Positions 1 through 9,804 of a DNA stretch of 64,000 nt are shown here, piece after piece. Source of the stretch: a virus (Duplodnaviria > Caudoviricetes); the IMG/VR virus record IMGVR_UViG_3300020049_002596, positions 1-64,000 of that record. One strand, given 5' to 3'. Each line of letters starts with the position of its first letter. Position 1 is the stretch's first letter. The translations under genes were made by a program, and so were the position numbers. Below the pieces are notes generated by a model. It made no database searches, was not told where the DNA came from, and saw nothing but the letters and a program-made list of their open reading frames with translations.

Positions 1-338
1 ACAGTGGCACTACCACCTTTCTTAATCTTGCTTTCATATTGTTTTACAAGCTTTTGTAATTGAATTACAGTGCTATCTGCAGTATTCCAGTTAGTAAAGT
101 ACTGAGAATTCTCATTCTCTAGAAGAGTTATGTTGGCTTTTAAATTACCTTCTTTATCTCTCCAAGTTTTCATACTATCTTTCAAAGCTGTATTCATAGT
201 ATCATTTGAGGCTAACTGTCTTTCAGCTTGACAACCTCTCATTAAAAGGAAAATGATTACAATCACTCCTATTACCAGTAAGACATTCTTGAACCTATTC
301 CAAGTGTCTACTATCTCTTGTTTATCTAATTCAGTCAT
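1..338 (-). CDS. Partial membrane-anchored coiled-coil protein (spanin-like candidate), runs off the window
   Basis: Hand translation from ATG at 338: MTELDKQEIVDTWNRFKNVLLVIGVIVIISFLMRGCQAERQ...; a TM helix followed by Cys and a coiled coil; open to position 1; absent from the ORF track. Confidence 0.55.
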   Translation of the reverse strand, partial: MTELDKQEIVDTWNRFKNVLLVIGVIVIIFLLMRGCQAERQLASNDTMNTALKDSMKTWRDKEGNLKANITLLENENSQYFTNWNTADSTVIQLQKLVKQYESKIKKGGSAT

Positions 339-351
339 GATAGATTGATTT

Positions 352-389
352 AAAATGTCAAGTTTTCTGTGTAAAAAACTTGACATTTT
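352..389. terminator. Long inverted repeat, possible bidirectional terminator
   Basis: AAAATGTCAAGTTTT ... AAAACTTGACATTTT, intergenic. Confidence 0.6.
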
Positions 390-395
390 GGTTAA

Positions 396-977
396 TTATT
401 TTTTTTCTAGCTCAGCTCTTTCAGCTTCTAAATCTCTGTTTTGAGCAGCTTCTTCAGTGAACTTTTCAGGGTATCTTACTTTTAACTTTTCAATGTTGTT
501 AGTAAGACATTGGAAGAAGTCCAAATCAAACCAAGAAGCAATATGATGTAACATAGCTAATTGGACAATTGGTGCACTAAACATGTTGTTTGTAGGAGCA
601 CAGTAAGGAACTAAAATTAAAGTCAAAATAGCTTCAGCTTTAAGTTCTGCAGGTAAGTCTGCTTTAGTAAACATTCTTTCTTCAACTAATTCCTTAGTCT
701 CAGCAAGTACTTCATCAAAATTATCATCTAAGATAAGTTCTTCAAATCTGCATTTGTTTACAATATACCAAGCCATGTCAGCAAGTTCTTCACCTAGATT
801 CACCAAGTCCATTGGTTTTTTGTAAGCTAAGAACTTTTTAAAAATGTCCATAGCTTCTCCAATTTCAGTGATAACACCTAAATTCATGTGTCTCTCATTT
901 ACTCCTTCTCCTTCTAATGTTGGGCAGGTTCTGGCTGCCAGTCCTTGATATTCAAGGATGTCTTTGATTTTACTCAT
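396..977 (-). CDS. MazG-like NTP pyrophosphohydrolase
   Basis: EIGEAMD...EELADMAWY acidic motifs; C-terminal NIEKLKVRYPEKF typical of phage MazG. Confidence 0.8.
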   Translation of the reverse strand: MSKIKDILEYQGLAARTCPTLEGEGVNERHMNLGVITEIGEAMDIFKKFLAYKKPMDLVNLGEELADMAWYIVNKCRFEELILDDNFDEVLAETKELVEERMFTKADLPAELKAEAILTLILVPYCAPTNNMFSAPIVQLAMLHHIASWFDLDFFQCLTNNIEKLKVRYPEKFTEEAAQNRDLEAERAELEKK

Positions 978-991
978 AATACAAATTTAAG

Positions 992-2083
992 TTATTTATC
1001 TAATCTAAATCCTACACACACAGGAAATCTTGGGATTCCACCTTCAGTGTATTCAAAGAATCTTACCTCAGCAGTCTGGCCAATGTATTCATGCTTCATA
1101 GCAAGCATCATTTTTCTTTCAAAATGAGAGAATTTCATACCACAATTAAAGTTTTGAACCCAAACATTTTCTCCAGCTTGCTCCATAACTTTAGAACAAA
1201 CTATAACACCTTGATCAGGTCTACTTTCAGAAGGTACAATATCCACTACTTTAAATGTAGCATCAATAAAGTCTTTATACTTAAGTAATTGAGAACTTCT
1301 CTTATTTACAGCATAACTTTCATCAGAGTGTCTTATCATAGTTCCTTCATATCCTTGAGATACAAATTGAATATGATAGTCTTTTATCTCTTGTTCATTG
1401 TTTACTCTATAAGTAGGTACCAATTCTATTTGATCATCATTTAAGCTAGACCTTAAGTTTTCTAGAACAGCAGTTCTTTCACTGAAAGGAGCATCCATAA
1501 CTATATCATAGACATTGTACTTAACTCTTTCTGTAGCTCCTTTTCTGTACTTTTTAATAAGCCTCATGTTCTCTTGAAAAGAACTTCCATGAGCATAAAG
1601 CTCTCCATCTAAGATAAGGTCCTCAAAAGGAGATAAGTCTATGTGTCCAAGAGTATCAATCATCTTTCCTGTTCTAGACATAAATCCTTCTTCAGTAGCT
1701 AAAGATCTCATACCATCTAGTTTAGGTTGTACATAACAAGGAAAAGTAACCTTCTTAAGTTCTTTCTTATAATCCTTTGCTAACATAGGAAGTAAAAAAT
1801 CTTTACCTCCTTTTTCCTGAGCCTCTGCTATTGTAATGAAATAACCTAATCTCATCTTCTCAGTGATTTTAGCTTGAGCTTCAATTATAGCTTGACTTTC
1901 AGGTGTTGTAGCATTGATTTTACCTACATTTTTTGCTTCACAAACACTTCTGTTAATCACAGGGCTGTTGGTTCCAACAACTCCTGATTCTTGTACTACA
2001 AAGTGTCCTTCATTACTTATTTCTAAGTATCTGATTTTACCTGATGAATCTTTTTTATAGATTCTTCTACAAATTCCTGACAT
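992..2083 (-). CDS. ATP-dependent DNA ligase
   Basis: QPKLDG adenylation motif, LDGELY, EGTMIR, LLKYK, PRFP. Confidence 0.93.
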   Translation of the reverse strand: MSGICRRIYKKDSSGKIRYLEISNEGHFVVQESGVVGTNSPVINRSVCEAKNVGKINATTPESQAIIEAQAKITEKMRLGYFITIAEAQEKGGKDFLLPMLAKDYKKELKKVTFPCYVQPKLDGMRSLATEEGFMSRTGKMIDTLGHIDLSPFEDLILDGELYAHGSSFQENMRLIKKYRKGATERVKYNVYDIVMDAPFSERTAVLENLRSSLNDDQIELVPTYRVNNEQEIKDYHIQFVSQGYEGTMIRHSDESYAVNKRSSQLLKYKDFIDATFKVVDIVPSESRPDQGVIVCSKVMEQAGENVWVQNFNCGMKFSHFERKMMLAMKHEYIGQTAEVRFFEYTEGGIPRFPVCVGFRLDK

Positions 2084-2085
2084 AA

Positions 2086-2394
2086 TTAGTCGTTTTCTGT
2101 AGCAATGATATCATCATAGTACACAATTGTGTGAGCTATAAGCTTAAGAACTTCTCCATTAGGAGCTTTTTCTACACTTATAGTCTTATGACCACTGAAG
2201 CTTACACTTTCGCTAAAGATAGGAATATCTCCTACTTTTACATAACCTTCTCCTGTTGGACACTCATTACCTAACTGAAGAACTTTAAAGGTGATTATTA
2301 AATCAGACCCTTTGTTCTTCTCAGTCATAATAATTTTTGTCTCTTTTTTAATACTTGTTTGTTCTACAAGTACTCTGTTTCCAATGATTTTCAT
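2086..2394 (-). CDS. groES: GroES/Cpn10-like co-chaperonin
   Basis: MKIIGNRVLVE start, VKVGD, DDIIA end; ~100 aa. Confidence 0.7.
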   Translation of the reverse strand: MKIIGNRVLVEQTSIKKETKIIMTEKNKGSDLIITFKVLQLGNECPTGEGYVKVGDIPIFSESVSFSGHKTISVEKAPNGEVLKLIAHTIVYYDDIIATEND

Positions 2395-2415
2395 CTTTTT
2401 AAATTTAAATGTTTA

Positions 2416-2423
2416 CAAATATA
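2416..2423 (-). promoter_or_regulatory. Bacteroidota-type -7 promoter element (TATATTTG)
   Basis: Matches TAnnTTTG, intergenic upstream of GroES-ligase; a similar TAAATTTG lies at 982-989 before MazG. Confidence 0.55.
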
Positions 2424-2439
2424 AAGAAAATTCTTTACT

Positions 2440-3285
2440 TTAGAAAATGTACCTAATACTTTCAATAGGAAAATATTTTATGTATAAAGCTACAAACTGA
2501 TTAATCAAACCTTGTTTGAAATGTCTTTCATATCTGATATTGTCAGCTGCATATTCAGAATCTTTAGACTCTTGAATAGTAGGTTGCCACAGATAATAAT
2601 TGACATCAGAATTGTTTCTCTCAGCTTGCATCCTGTTGTAAGTCACAAAGATACACTCTGATTTAAAGTCCAGTCCTTGAAGTTGTTTGAATAATTCTTC
2701 ATAGTCTTCTAACCAAGTAGGGTAGTAAACTATAGGACTAAAATTTAAATGGACTTCCATTTTCTTTTGAAGTACAGGTATCATAGCAATCCTGTCTGAT
2801 ATAGTATCAGTATTAGGTTCTAAGATACTTGAGATCTTTTGAGGCATAAGACTAATTCTTATCCTGTGTTTACCTGGAGCCAAGTTATACTCATCTAGCT
2901 TAAATCTAGTAGGGTACTTGGTGGCAAAAGTAGTTTTAACTTTGTACTGTGTATTGAAGAAATCAAATACTTGCTGCCAATTATAGTGTTTACTATGTAA
3001 AGCAACATCAGTACTACATCCTATATCCACACAATAGTAAGTATCATCAACTTGATTGGGAACTTTAGGCCAAGGCTTAGAGTCTACCCATGAATAAATA
3101 GAAGCTAAAATTTGCTCTGTATTCTCATTGATATATACTTTGTCAAAGTTATACCTTCCAACATAACAATATGACTTCATACAACCTCCTAGACAGCCAT
3201 AGATAAAGTTAGGAGCAATGGCATCACTGCTCCTACTATTATCTCTGGTTTTAAGGGTCTTAGTCTTTTGCTTCTTTATTTCCAT
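2440..3285 (-). CDS. Spore photoproduct lyase family radical SAM protein
   Basis: RSSDAIAPN, GCLGGCMKSYCYV cluster motif, DIGCSTD, FATKY, RIRISLMP, HLNFSPI. Confidence 0.75.
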   Translation of the reverse strand: MEIKKQKTKTLKTRDNSRSSDAIAPNFIYGCLGGCMKSYCYVGRYNFDKVYINENTEQILASIYSWVDSKPWPKVPNQVDDTYYCVDIGCSTDVALHSKHYNWQQVFDFFNTQYKVKTTFATKYPTRFKLDEYNLAPGKHRIRISLMPQKISSILEPNTDTISDRIAMIPVLQKKMEVHLNFSPIVYYPTWLEDYEELFKQLQGLDFKSECIFVTYNRMQAERNNSDVNYYLWQPTIQESKDSEYAADNIRYERHFKQGLINQFVALYIKYFPIESIRYIF

Positions 3286-3505
3286 AAGGGAGATAAACTG
3301 CTAAAATTTCTTTACAAGCCTTACTATAATCAAAAGGTATAAACTCATGGTCTGTTGTAAACTCCACTATAACAGCAGGTTGAGCAGCATTTGCAGATTC
3401 TTCTACAGTTAGGTCAAAACTATAACCAATACCGTTGTGTGTATACATTCCCCTGTAAAAAATGTGTTTTGCATAAGGGTGTCTTTCAAGATTTACTTGT
3501 GTCAT
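3260..3505 (-). CDS. Hypothetical protein
   Basis: ORF in a tightly packed operon. Confidence 0.55.
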   Translation of the reverse strand: MTQVNLERHPYAKHIFYRGMYTHNGIGYSFDLTVEESANAAQPAVIVEFTTDHEFIPFDYSKACKEILAVYLPYGNKEAKD

Positions 3506-3705
3506 AATAGTTTCTTTTGTTTAGGTACTAAATTTAATTCTCTACTTCTATCATCCCACTTAGATAAGATTTCTTGTACTTTATGCTTAATAAAGGCAAT
3601 TTCATCTTGCTCATCTAAGGTTAAACCTTCTCTAGGAAAGTTGGCTCCCATTAACCTATACTTAGACCAATTTCTTATTTTGGCTAATCTAGCTAACTCA
3701 CTCAT
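3502..3705 (-). CDS. Hypothetical protein
   Basis: ORF with overlapping start/stop coupling. Confidence 0.6.
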   Translation of the reverse strand: MSELARLAKIRNWSKYRLMGANFPREGLTLDEQDEIAFIKHKVQEILSKWDDRSRELNLVPKQKKLL

Positions 3706-3895
3706 CTTCTCCTACTAGTTGAAGAATGCTTGACTTGCAAAGCTCTATTTCATGGGTTTCAGAGCCTCCTTCTTCTATCTCATCTTGACACAGAGAAATG
3801 AAGTCCCAAATTTCCCACTTATGCTTAGGATGATCTTTAGCAATTCCTTTAGCCCATTGGACTAATTGGTCCATGTTAGTCATCTTCTTCAGCAT
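3698..3895 (-). CDS. Hypothetical protein
   Basis: ORF in operon. Confidence 0.55.
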   Translation of the reverse strand: MLKKMTNMDQLVQWAKGIAKDHPKHKWEIWDFISLCQDEIEEGGSETHEIELCKSSILQLVGEDE

Positions 3896-4109
3896 TTATG
3901 ACATTAAACATACCTGTGATTTCAATATCATCAGTCTCATGTCTATAGAACTCTCCAAAGTCAGTATCATCAAGACCTCTGTCAATAGCCATTCTATCTT
4001 GTCTAGTTAGTTCATGCCCAGGAATTTGCTTTCTAGTCTTAAGATTCTTGTCATACTCATTGAAAAAACAATCAACAGTAAGGTTTCCAATTTTAATTTT
4101 CTGATTCAT
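3876..4109 (-). CDS. Hypothetical protein
   Basis: ORF in operon. Confidence 0.55.
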   Translation of the reverse strand: MNQKIKIGNLTVDCFFNEYDKNLKTRKQIPGHELTRQDRMAIDRGLDDTDFGEFYRHETDDIEITGMFNVINAEEDD

Positions 4110-4113
4110 AATC

Positions 4114-4719
4114 TTATGCTTTAGGTGGAAACAAATCTGTAATGTGAAGCTCTAAAGCTTCTGCAATAGCTTCCAAAGAACTTAGAATTGGATTTGTAAC
4201 AGCACTTTCAATTTGACTGACACTGTTTCCTGAAATTCTATTATTAGTCATGATTGCAAGTTGAGCTTGAGATATTCCTTTAGCTTTTCTTGTAGCATAT
4301 ATCACACCTCCAACATACTCATTAAGAGAAACTTCTTTCTCTTCAATAACAGTAGTTACTACAGGAGTTTTGATTACATACTTTCTACCTCTTTTCTCTA
4401 TTGTAGATTCAACAACAGGAGATTCTACTGTCTCCTCAGTTCTCTCTTTAATAGGAGTACCTTTCCATGTATAGTAGAAAAGAAAATAGGTATTCCCTGG
4501 TTTAAATTGATCAGGGTGAGGCCCACTTGTTGGCACTGAGGCTGTTAGATCACTAACACTTAAGATACACTCTTCTCCAGGAAAATCTGTACAAGTTACT
4601 CTAATAGGGCAATTGTATAATTTCACTGCTGTCTCTACTAATGTATTAGACAATGCTACTCTTCCTTCTCTAGACACTGTACAGTGTTTTTCTAGAATTT
4701 TTATTTTATGTTCTGACAT
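4114..4719 (-). CDS. Protein with C-terminal XRE-family HTH domain
   Basis: RKAKGISQAQLA...VSQIESAVTNPILSSLEAIAEALE. Confidence 0.8.
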   Translation of the reverse strand: MSEHKIKILEKHCTVSREGRVALSNTLVETAVKLYNCPIRVTCTDFPGEECILSVSDLTASVPTSGPHPDQFKPGNTYFLFYYTWKGTPIKERTEETVESPVVESTIEKRGRKYVIKTPVVTTVIEEKEVSLNEYVGGVIYATRKAKGISQAQLAIMTNNRISGNSVSQIESAVTNPILSSLEAIAEALELHITDLFPPKA

Positions 4720-4727
4720 AGTTATAG

Positions 4728-5078
4728 TTATTTATTATTTGTTATCTTTTCCTTGATACTTGCTTCACATAAGATTAGATAGTTTATCAAGTCTCCTATC
4801 TTCTCATCAACATACTGAAAGTCAGGTAAATTACCTTGCTCCACATCATTTAACATATCTAAGAAAGATACATAATGCTTAGTAGCAAATCCCCAAAGGG
4901 CTTTCTCTTCAGTAGTATTACCAACTTTAGCAGCTACTCTAAAATTGTGTAATGGGTCATTGTTCCTTCTGTACTCTTTAGCTTTAACTGACAGAGTATT
5001 CTTAATTTGCATACACCTTGTATCTACAAGAGTATCAAACTGTTCTTCAGTAATCAAGTGTTTAGTTTTTCCTCCCAT
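4728..5078 (-). CDS. DUF1599/Nmad1-like alpha-helical protein
   Basis: KAKEY...DPLHNF...K...EKIGDLINYLIL pattern. Confidence 0.55.
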   Translation of the reverse strand: MGGKTKHLITEEQFDTLVDTRCMQIKNTLSVKAKEYRRNNDPLHNFRVAAKVGNTTEEKALWGFATKHYVSFLDMLNDVEQGNLPDFQYVDEKIGDLINYLILCEASIKEKITNNK

Positions 5079-5373
5079 ACCACCAAATTTTTAAGTTATT
5101 TATTAATTTTTGAAACCAACTAAATTTTCTAGCTGCATTTCCATAGATCTCTTGGTAAAGAGTTCTTTTTCCTGGAGGATTGTATTCTCTACACTCTTCA
5201 GCTTTAACCCATTTTTCAAATACTCCACCTCTATGGGTAAGATTAGTCCAAGTTAAAAGTAAGTAGAGCTTCTTTCCTCTTTTTTCTGCTGCTATAATTC
5301 TAGCAGGTTTGTAGTCCCTGTAAAGAACAAAGTCTTTTTCTTCAGGTAAACTTCTTTTTTTAAAATTCCACAT
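5062..5373 (-). CDS. Hypothetical protein
   Basis: ORF in operon. Confidence 0.55.
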   Translation of the reverse strand: MWNFKKRSLPEEKDFVLYRDYKPARIIAAEKRGKKLYLLLTWTNLTHRGGVFEKWVKAEECREYNPPGKRTLYQEIYGNAARKFSWFQKLINNLKIWWYGRKN

Positions 5374-5581
5374 ACTCTACATTTTCATATTGTAATTGAG
5401 TGATAATAACACTGTCTTCCAAAGAAAGTACAGGAGCCTCTGCAAGAATCATATCTAAGAAATAAGACTTCTCATCATCTTGTGGATTTACCATAGAAGG
5501 AGAGATGTTCTGTTTAATCCAAGACTTTAATTCAGGACTAAAATCAGGCTGATAAGCAGTTATAATTAATTTATGTGCCAT
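5360..5581 (-). CDS. Hypothetical protein
   Basis: ORF in operon. Confidence 0.55.
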   Translation of the reverse strand: MAHKLIITAYQPDFSPELKSWIKQNISPSMVNPQDDEKSYFLDMILAEAPVLSLEDSVIITQLQYENVEYVEF

Positions 5582-5611
5582 GGCTATAGTATTATGAAAA
5601 CTTAGGGGAGA

Positions 5612-6247
5612 TTAACTCCCCATAGGTTTCCAGGTATTAAAAAATTCTTCCTCCTGATTAGGTGGAAGATCATACTCCCAAGACCCTTCTAAGAAGTCTT
5701 GTTCTTCTAATTGAGTATCAAAAGTTGCTTTTACTAAAGAGATAAATCTGTGCTTAGCATGGGAGGTTTTAACCAACACTTGCCTTGTCTCCATTTTACT
5801 TTCTTCTGCAAAATAACTTGTGATTTCTTTCTTAGTGTACATCTTGCTATACTTACCTAAAAGGAATTTATCATAGCAATCCCCCATTGAAGGGGGATAA
5901 GCTAACACAATCATGTGCTTTCTACTATGAGGTTCCATTATTGCATCATAAGCATAGTCAGTAACAAAATACTCTTGATGTTTTACCCAATCCATAAAGT
6001 TTTGGAATAATTCAGGTCTCACAAGTTTGTCCACAAGAATAAAAATATTCTTTTGTCCTTCTAAATGAGTACCTTCCAACAGAGAATCATGTATGCCAAA
6101 AGCCAATTTAAAAACTAGATTTAACTTAGTCTTCAAAGTAGGCCCATAGAAAGCAAGACCAGGTACTAAATATCTAACAGTTCTGTTAGAATATAATTTC
6201 CCAATCTCAATTTCCATACCTCTATCTACAACTTTAGATAACACCAT
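5612..6247 (-). CDS. Hypothetical protein
   Basis: 211-aa ORF. Confidence 0.7.
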   Translation of the reverse strand: MVLSKVVDRGMEIEIGKLYSNRTVRYLVPGLAFYGPTLKTKLNLVFKLAFGIHDSLLEGTHLEGQKNIFILVDKLVRPELFQNFMDWVKHQEYFVTDYAYDAIMEPHSRKHMIVLAYPPSMGDCYDKFLLGKYSKMYTKKEITSYFAEESKMETRQVLVKTSHAKHRFISLVKATFDTQLEEQDFLEGSWEYDLPPNQEEEFFNTWKPMGS

Positions 6248-7400
6248 CCCAGTTGATTACCAATGGAGTTAAACCTGCTTCTTGGATTTGTCTCTCTTCA
6301 GTAAAACCATTCTCAGAATGATAAATATAAAGGTCTAACAAATCTTCAAATCCTTGTATACTATGTTGCAATGTAGCATTCTCTGCTCCTTGTGTAAATA
6401 GATTAGTATCTACAAGAGTGAGAGCTTTTCTACCAAATCTTCCCATGTTTAGGAGAGATTTGTCAACAATAAAATTTAAAGGTTTTCCTTGAAATGAAGT
6501 AGATTCTACTACAAATTGGAAAGGTTTAATTACATCAGAACCTTCAGGAACTGCAAAATGTTTATGAAGAGCAAGAGTATACCAAGCAGCTTGAATATCA
6601 TATCTTCTTGCTCTAACACTACTAGGGAAATAGAATGTATTTCCATTCATAGTCTTCAAATCTACTCCAGTAATAGATAAGATTCTTCCTTCTTCATCTC
6701 TATAAACAAACACCATATCCAACAAAGCTTTACAGTTTACTCCTCTATACTCAAAGTAAATAGGAAACTGATAAAACACTGTAGGGTCTGGCATATCTGT
6801 ATAGAAATCTCTGTCAAAGAAACTTGCTGTTCTTGGATTAGATTGTAAAGAGATGACAATCTTTTTGATGGTATCATCTTGGTTTTGACTTAATACAGTC
6901 TTACCAAAAGCTTTGCATAAATCCATAAAATATGCAGAACCTGGTTCTACAATATTCTTTAGTTTAGCATCAGCACCCCATCTAGGTTGCCATCCTGTTT
7001 TTTCACAAGCATCTAGAATGTAAGCTCCCCAATTTCCAAGCTCTCCTACAAACTCATGAAATGGGGTAACAGGTAAAGGCTCATCTTGACCTGTGATTAC
7101 TTCTAAATGCTCAGCATAGTCTTGCAATATATCTTCATGAACTAACTTTAGAATTTCTATCACAGCTTCAGAAGGTAATTTATCCACTTCTGAAATGTAA
7201 TATTCCTCTTTAAAGGCTTCTAATGAGTTAGTCAAGATACAATCTACTGCAGAACCTATTGTAAAATGTTCTGCTGAAGAGTCAAACTCTTTGTGAAAGG
7301 AACCTAAGTCCCCTAATAATAATTTTAATTTGGACTGACCTAAAGCATCAGACCCATAGTACTCTTGTACTTCTTCTTTTGTGGCTACAATTACGGACAT
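6234..7400 (-). CDS. PD-(D/E)XK exonuclease (RecE/ExoVIII-like)
   Basis: GSAVD, CKALLD...DLKT, YDIQAAWY. Confidence 0.8.
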   Translation of the reverse strand: MSVIVATKEEVQEYYGSDALGQSKLKLLLGDLGSFHKEFDSSAEHFTIGSAVDCILTNSLEAFKEEYYISEVDKLPSEAVIEILKLVHEDILQDYAEHLEVITGQDEPLPVTPFHEFVGELGNWGAYILDACEKTGWQPRWGADAKLKNIVEPGSAYFMDLCKAFGKTVLSQNQDDTIKKIVISLQSNPRTASFFDRDFYTDMPDPTVFYQFPIYFEYRGVNCKALLDMVFVYRDEEGRILSITGVDLKTMNGNTFYFPSSVRARRYDIQAAWYTLALHKHFAVPEGSDVIKPFQFVVESTSFQGKPLNFIVDKSLLNMGRFGRKALTLVDTNLFTQGAENATLQHSIQGFEDLLDLYIYHSENGFTEERQIQEAGLTPLVINWDGVI

Positions 7401-7903
7401 GTTACATATTGTTTTAAGATTACTTCACTTTTAAAATGGTCAAGTGTCATACCTACAACAGTTTTAAACTCAGACTGTAAATCAAACTTAAAGTCTTTCA
7501 TAAAAGAATACTCTAAATTTGGACTTTTACTTCTGAATACATCAAACTGTATCATAGACATATACACCATTTCCATATCTGGAGTCCTTCTGGACCCAGG
7601 TTTACCTTGTTTGTAGTGAAACAGTATACAAGGTCTATTATGAACATCATCTTCAAGGGGAAACATGCTTGCAATAGAGGTAGCCATCATAAATAATTCC
7701 TTCCCAGGATTCATATTCTTTTGGATACCTGCCTTAATTTGTAGATTAAAAGGAATATACATTAAGTCTATTTTAGCATTGTCATGCTTTTTGCTCACAA
7801 ATCTAGAGGTCTCACAGAAAGTAAAGCCTAATTCTCTAAAGAACTTGGCATAATATCTTTCTGCAGTGCTCCCCTTTCTTTTGTTAGTTGCTCCAATTCC
7901 CAT
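7391..7903 (-). CDS. Holliday junction resolvase-like PD-(D/E)XK nuclease
   Basis: KRKGSTAER, TSR, IDL...QIK. Confidence 0.7.
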   Translation of the reverse strand: MGIGATNKRKGSTAERYYAKFFRELGFTFCETSRFVSKKHDNAKIDLMYIPFNLQIKAGIQKNMNPGKELFMMATSIASMFPLEDDVHNRPCILFHYKQGKPGSRRTPDMEMVYMSMIQFDVFRSKSPNLEYSFMKDFKFDLQSEFKTVVGMTLDHFKSEVILKQYVTCP

Positions 7904-7951
7904 ATAAGATTTTTAAGGATTAATAAATAAAAAACTTAAATACCTTTGGAA

Positions 7952-9109
7952 CTATTCCGTATCATCAACAACTTCTATTATTGACTGCCATGCTCTTACA
8001 TGTACCATTTCTGCATTTAATTGAGTAGCTTGTTGTGCTCTTAACATTTGCAAATCATAAGTCTCTTGTAAAGGTCTTATCCTTTCAACTAAAGATTGTG
8101 CAGTTTGAGGAGAGACACTATCAACAATATTACCATTAGCATCTATGAAAGAATTTAAAGCTGTATAAGGATAAACTGTATGGGCAGTTTCTTCTTCATT
8201 ACTGTCTTCAAAGTCTTCATCTAACCAATCTTCATCATCTTGATCATCTTCATTAGACAATTCAGGTTGATGGTCAAATAAAGCAGCTTCAGCTTGTATT
8301 TCAGCCAATTCTCTAGCTTCTGCTGAGAGTTGTGCAATGCTACCAGTCACATTGTGGGTAACATACAGATTTTCTACAACAGGAGTAGCTTCATTGTCAA
8401 ACAGCATAGCTTCTTCTTCTACGGAAAGTTCTTCTCTATGAATTACTACAGGTTCAAATTCTTGCTCAACAAAGATGTCCTCTCCTCCATTGTGCAAAAA
8501 GTCTGGTAGTACTTGATTCATATAGGCTTCTAATTGTGTCAAAGACTTAGTCTTTTTGACTTCAAATAATCTTGCAAAGGTATTCTTCTCAATTTCTGAT
8601 GAGGGAATCACTCTTACCTCTATACCTTTTTCATAGCAAGATTGTAATATTTCTTTTTGAAGTCTCCTATTTAAAGGAGTTAGACCAGGGTCAGTGAAAA
8701 AAGAAGTGGAATAAAATAAAACGTAATTATTGTAGGAGAATGTTCCTTCATTGTATAAGTCAGAGAACTTAGCAACTTCAGGACTAAAGTAAGCTTCCTT
8801 TTTCATAGCACATACCATTAAAGGTACTCTCTGCTCTGAAAAGAAAACTCCTTTTGCTATAAAAAACTTTCTGTTGTTAATGGCTATTTCTCTAGCAGTA
8901 TGCCCATACTGAAAACCATCTTTAATGTTTTTAAGAGTATTGGGCTTTCTGATAACAATTTCAAAACTAGGTTTAGAATACATTTGGATATCTTCTATAC
9001 TAAAACTATTTTGTACAGAAACTAGAGGAATAAATTCATTAGCAATAAAAGCAGTCATATCAAAATTAGAAGGTTCAAACCTTCCCAGATTGTTACAGCT
9101 AATTATCAT
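7952..9109 (-). CDS. Hypothetical protein with acidic C-terminal region, coupled to the E1 gene
   Basis: 385 aa; 4-nt overlap with the ThiF gene; EDDQDDEDWLDEDFED tract. Confidence 0.7.
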   Translation of the reverse strand: MIISCNNLGRFEPSNFDMTAFIANEFIPLVSVQNSFSIEDIQMYSKPSFEIVIRKPNTLKNIKDGFQYGHTAREIAINNRKFFIAKGVFFSEQRVPLMVCAMKKEAYFSPEVAKFSDLYNEGTFSYNNYVLFYSTSFFTDPGLTPLNRRLQKEILQSCYEKGIEVRVIPSSEIEKNTFARLFEVKKTKSLTQLEAYMNQVLPDFLHNGGEDIFVEQEFEPVVIHREELSVEEEAMLFDNEATPVVENLYVTHNVTGSIAQLSAEARELAEIQAEAALFDHQPELSNEDDQDDEDWLDEDFEDSNEEETAHTVYPYTALNSFIDANGNIVDSVSPQTAQSLVERIRPLQETYDLQMLRAQQATQLNAEMVHVRAWQSIIEVVDDTE

Positions 9110-9804
9110 AATTCTGATTGTGTGAAATTCATAGGAACCACAAATTCATAATAAAAAGGGACCTCTCTGATAGTCTCTCCTGCATAGACATTAGCAATGT
9201 GATTGGTAAAGAAAGCAGACATAATAGAACCTATCATACCTGCAGTATGAGAAGTCTGTTTCATAGTACAAGGAGCTTCATTCACAACATTGTCATGAAA
9301 CAAATGCTCTCTTTCATACTTATCTGCATTCTCAGGAGTAACACAGAATATCTGTAATTGCTCTAACTCTAATCTACCATCTATAAAGATAGGCATATTC
9401 ATAGAGGGAGCAGAACCCCAAGATTCTTTCCAATTATGGAATAAAGTATTTCTAGCTTCCATATTATCAAAAGCAGAAAAACTGTAATAATGATGAGGAG
9501 TTACTCTAGTAACTCTCTCATTAAAAGTAGATATTCTTCCTCCACAAAACATATTAACTACAGCTTCAATAGCAGTTACTTTGGGAATTCCTAGGTCTTG
9601 TTGTCTAAATAACTGTCCACCTAAATTATGGTCTTCAACAAGGTCAAAATCATAAAGATTAACCTTAAAACCAATTTTAGTTAGAAAGAATACTAACCAA
9701 GAACCAATACCACCAGCTCCTCCTACTAAACAAATCTCATTGTTTCTAGGGAACCATGGTGCATCTTTAAATCTACTTTGCTGGTTGTTGCTTTCTTGCC
9801 TCAT
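9106..9804 (-). CDS. ThiF/E1-family ubiquitin-like activating enzyme
   Basis: GAGGIG, DFDLVEDHNLGGQ, AFDN, IDGR, candidate catalytic Cys in EAPCT. Confidence 0.9.
   Translation of the reverse strand: MRQESNNQQSRFKDAPWFPRNNEICLVGGAGGIGSWLVFFLTKIGFKVNLYDFDLVEDHNLGGQLFRQQDLGIPKVTAIEAVVNMFCGGRISTFNERVTRVTPHHYYSFSAFDNMEARNTLFHNWKESWGSAPSMNMPIFIDGRLELEQLQIFCVTPENADKYEREHLFHDNVVNEAPCTMKQTSHTAGMIGSIMSAFFTNHIANVYAGETIREVPFYYEFVVPMNFTQSEL

Noticed and set aside
9106-9804. Thiamine/molybdopterin biosynthesis ThiF/MoeB
   Set aside because: No ThiS/MoaD ending in GG and no pathway genes; neighbours are JAB and E2-like genes
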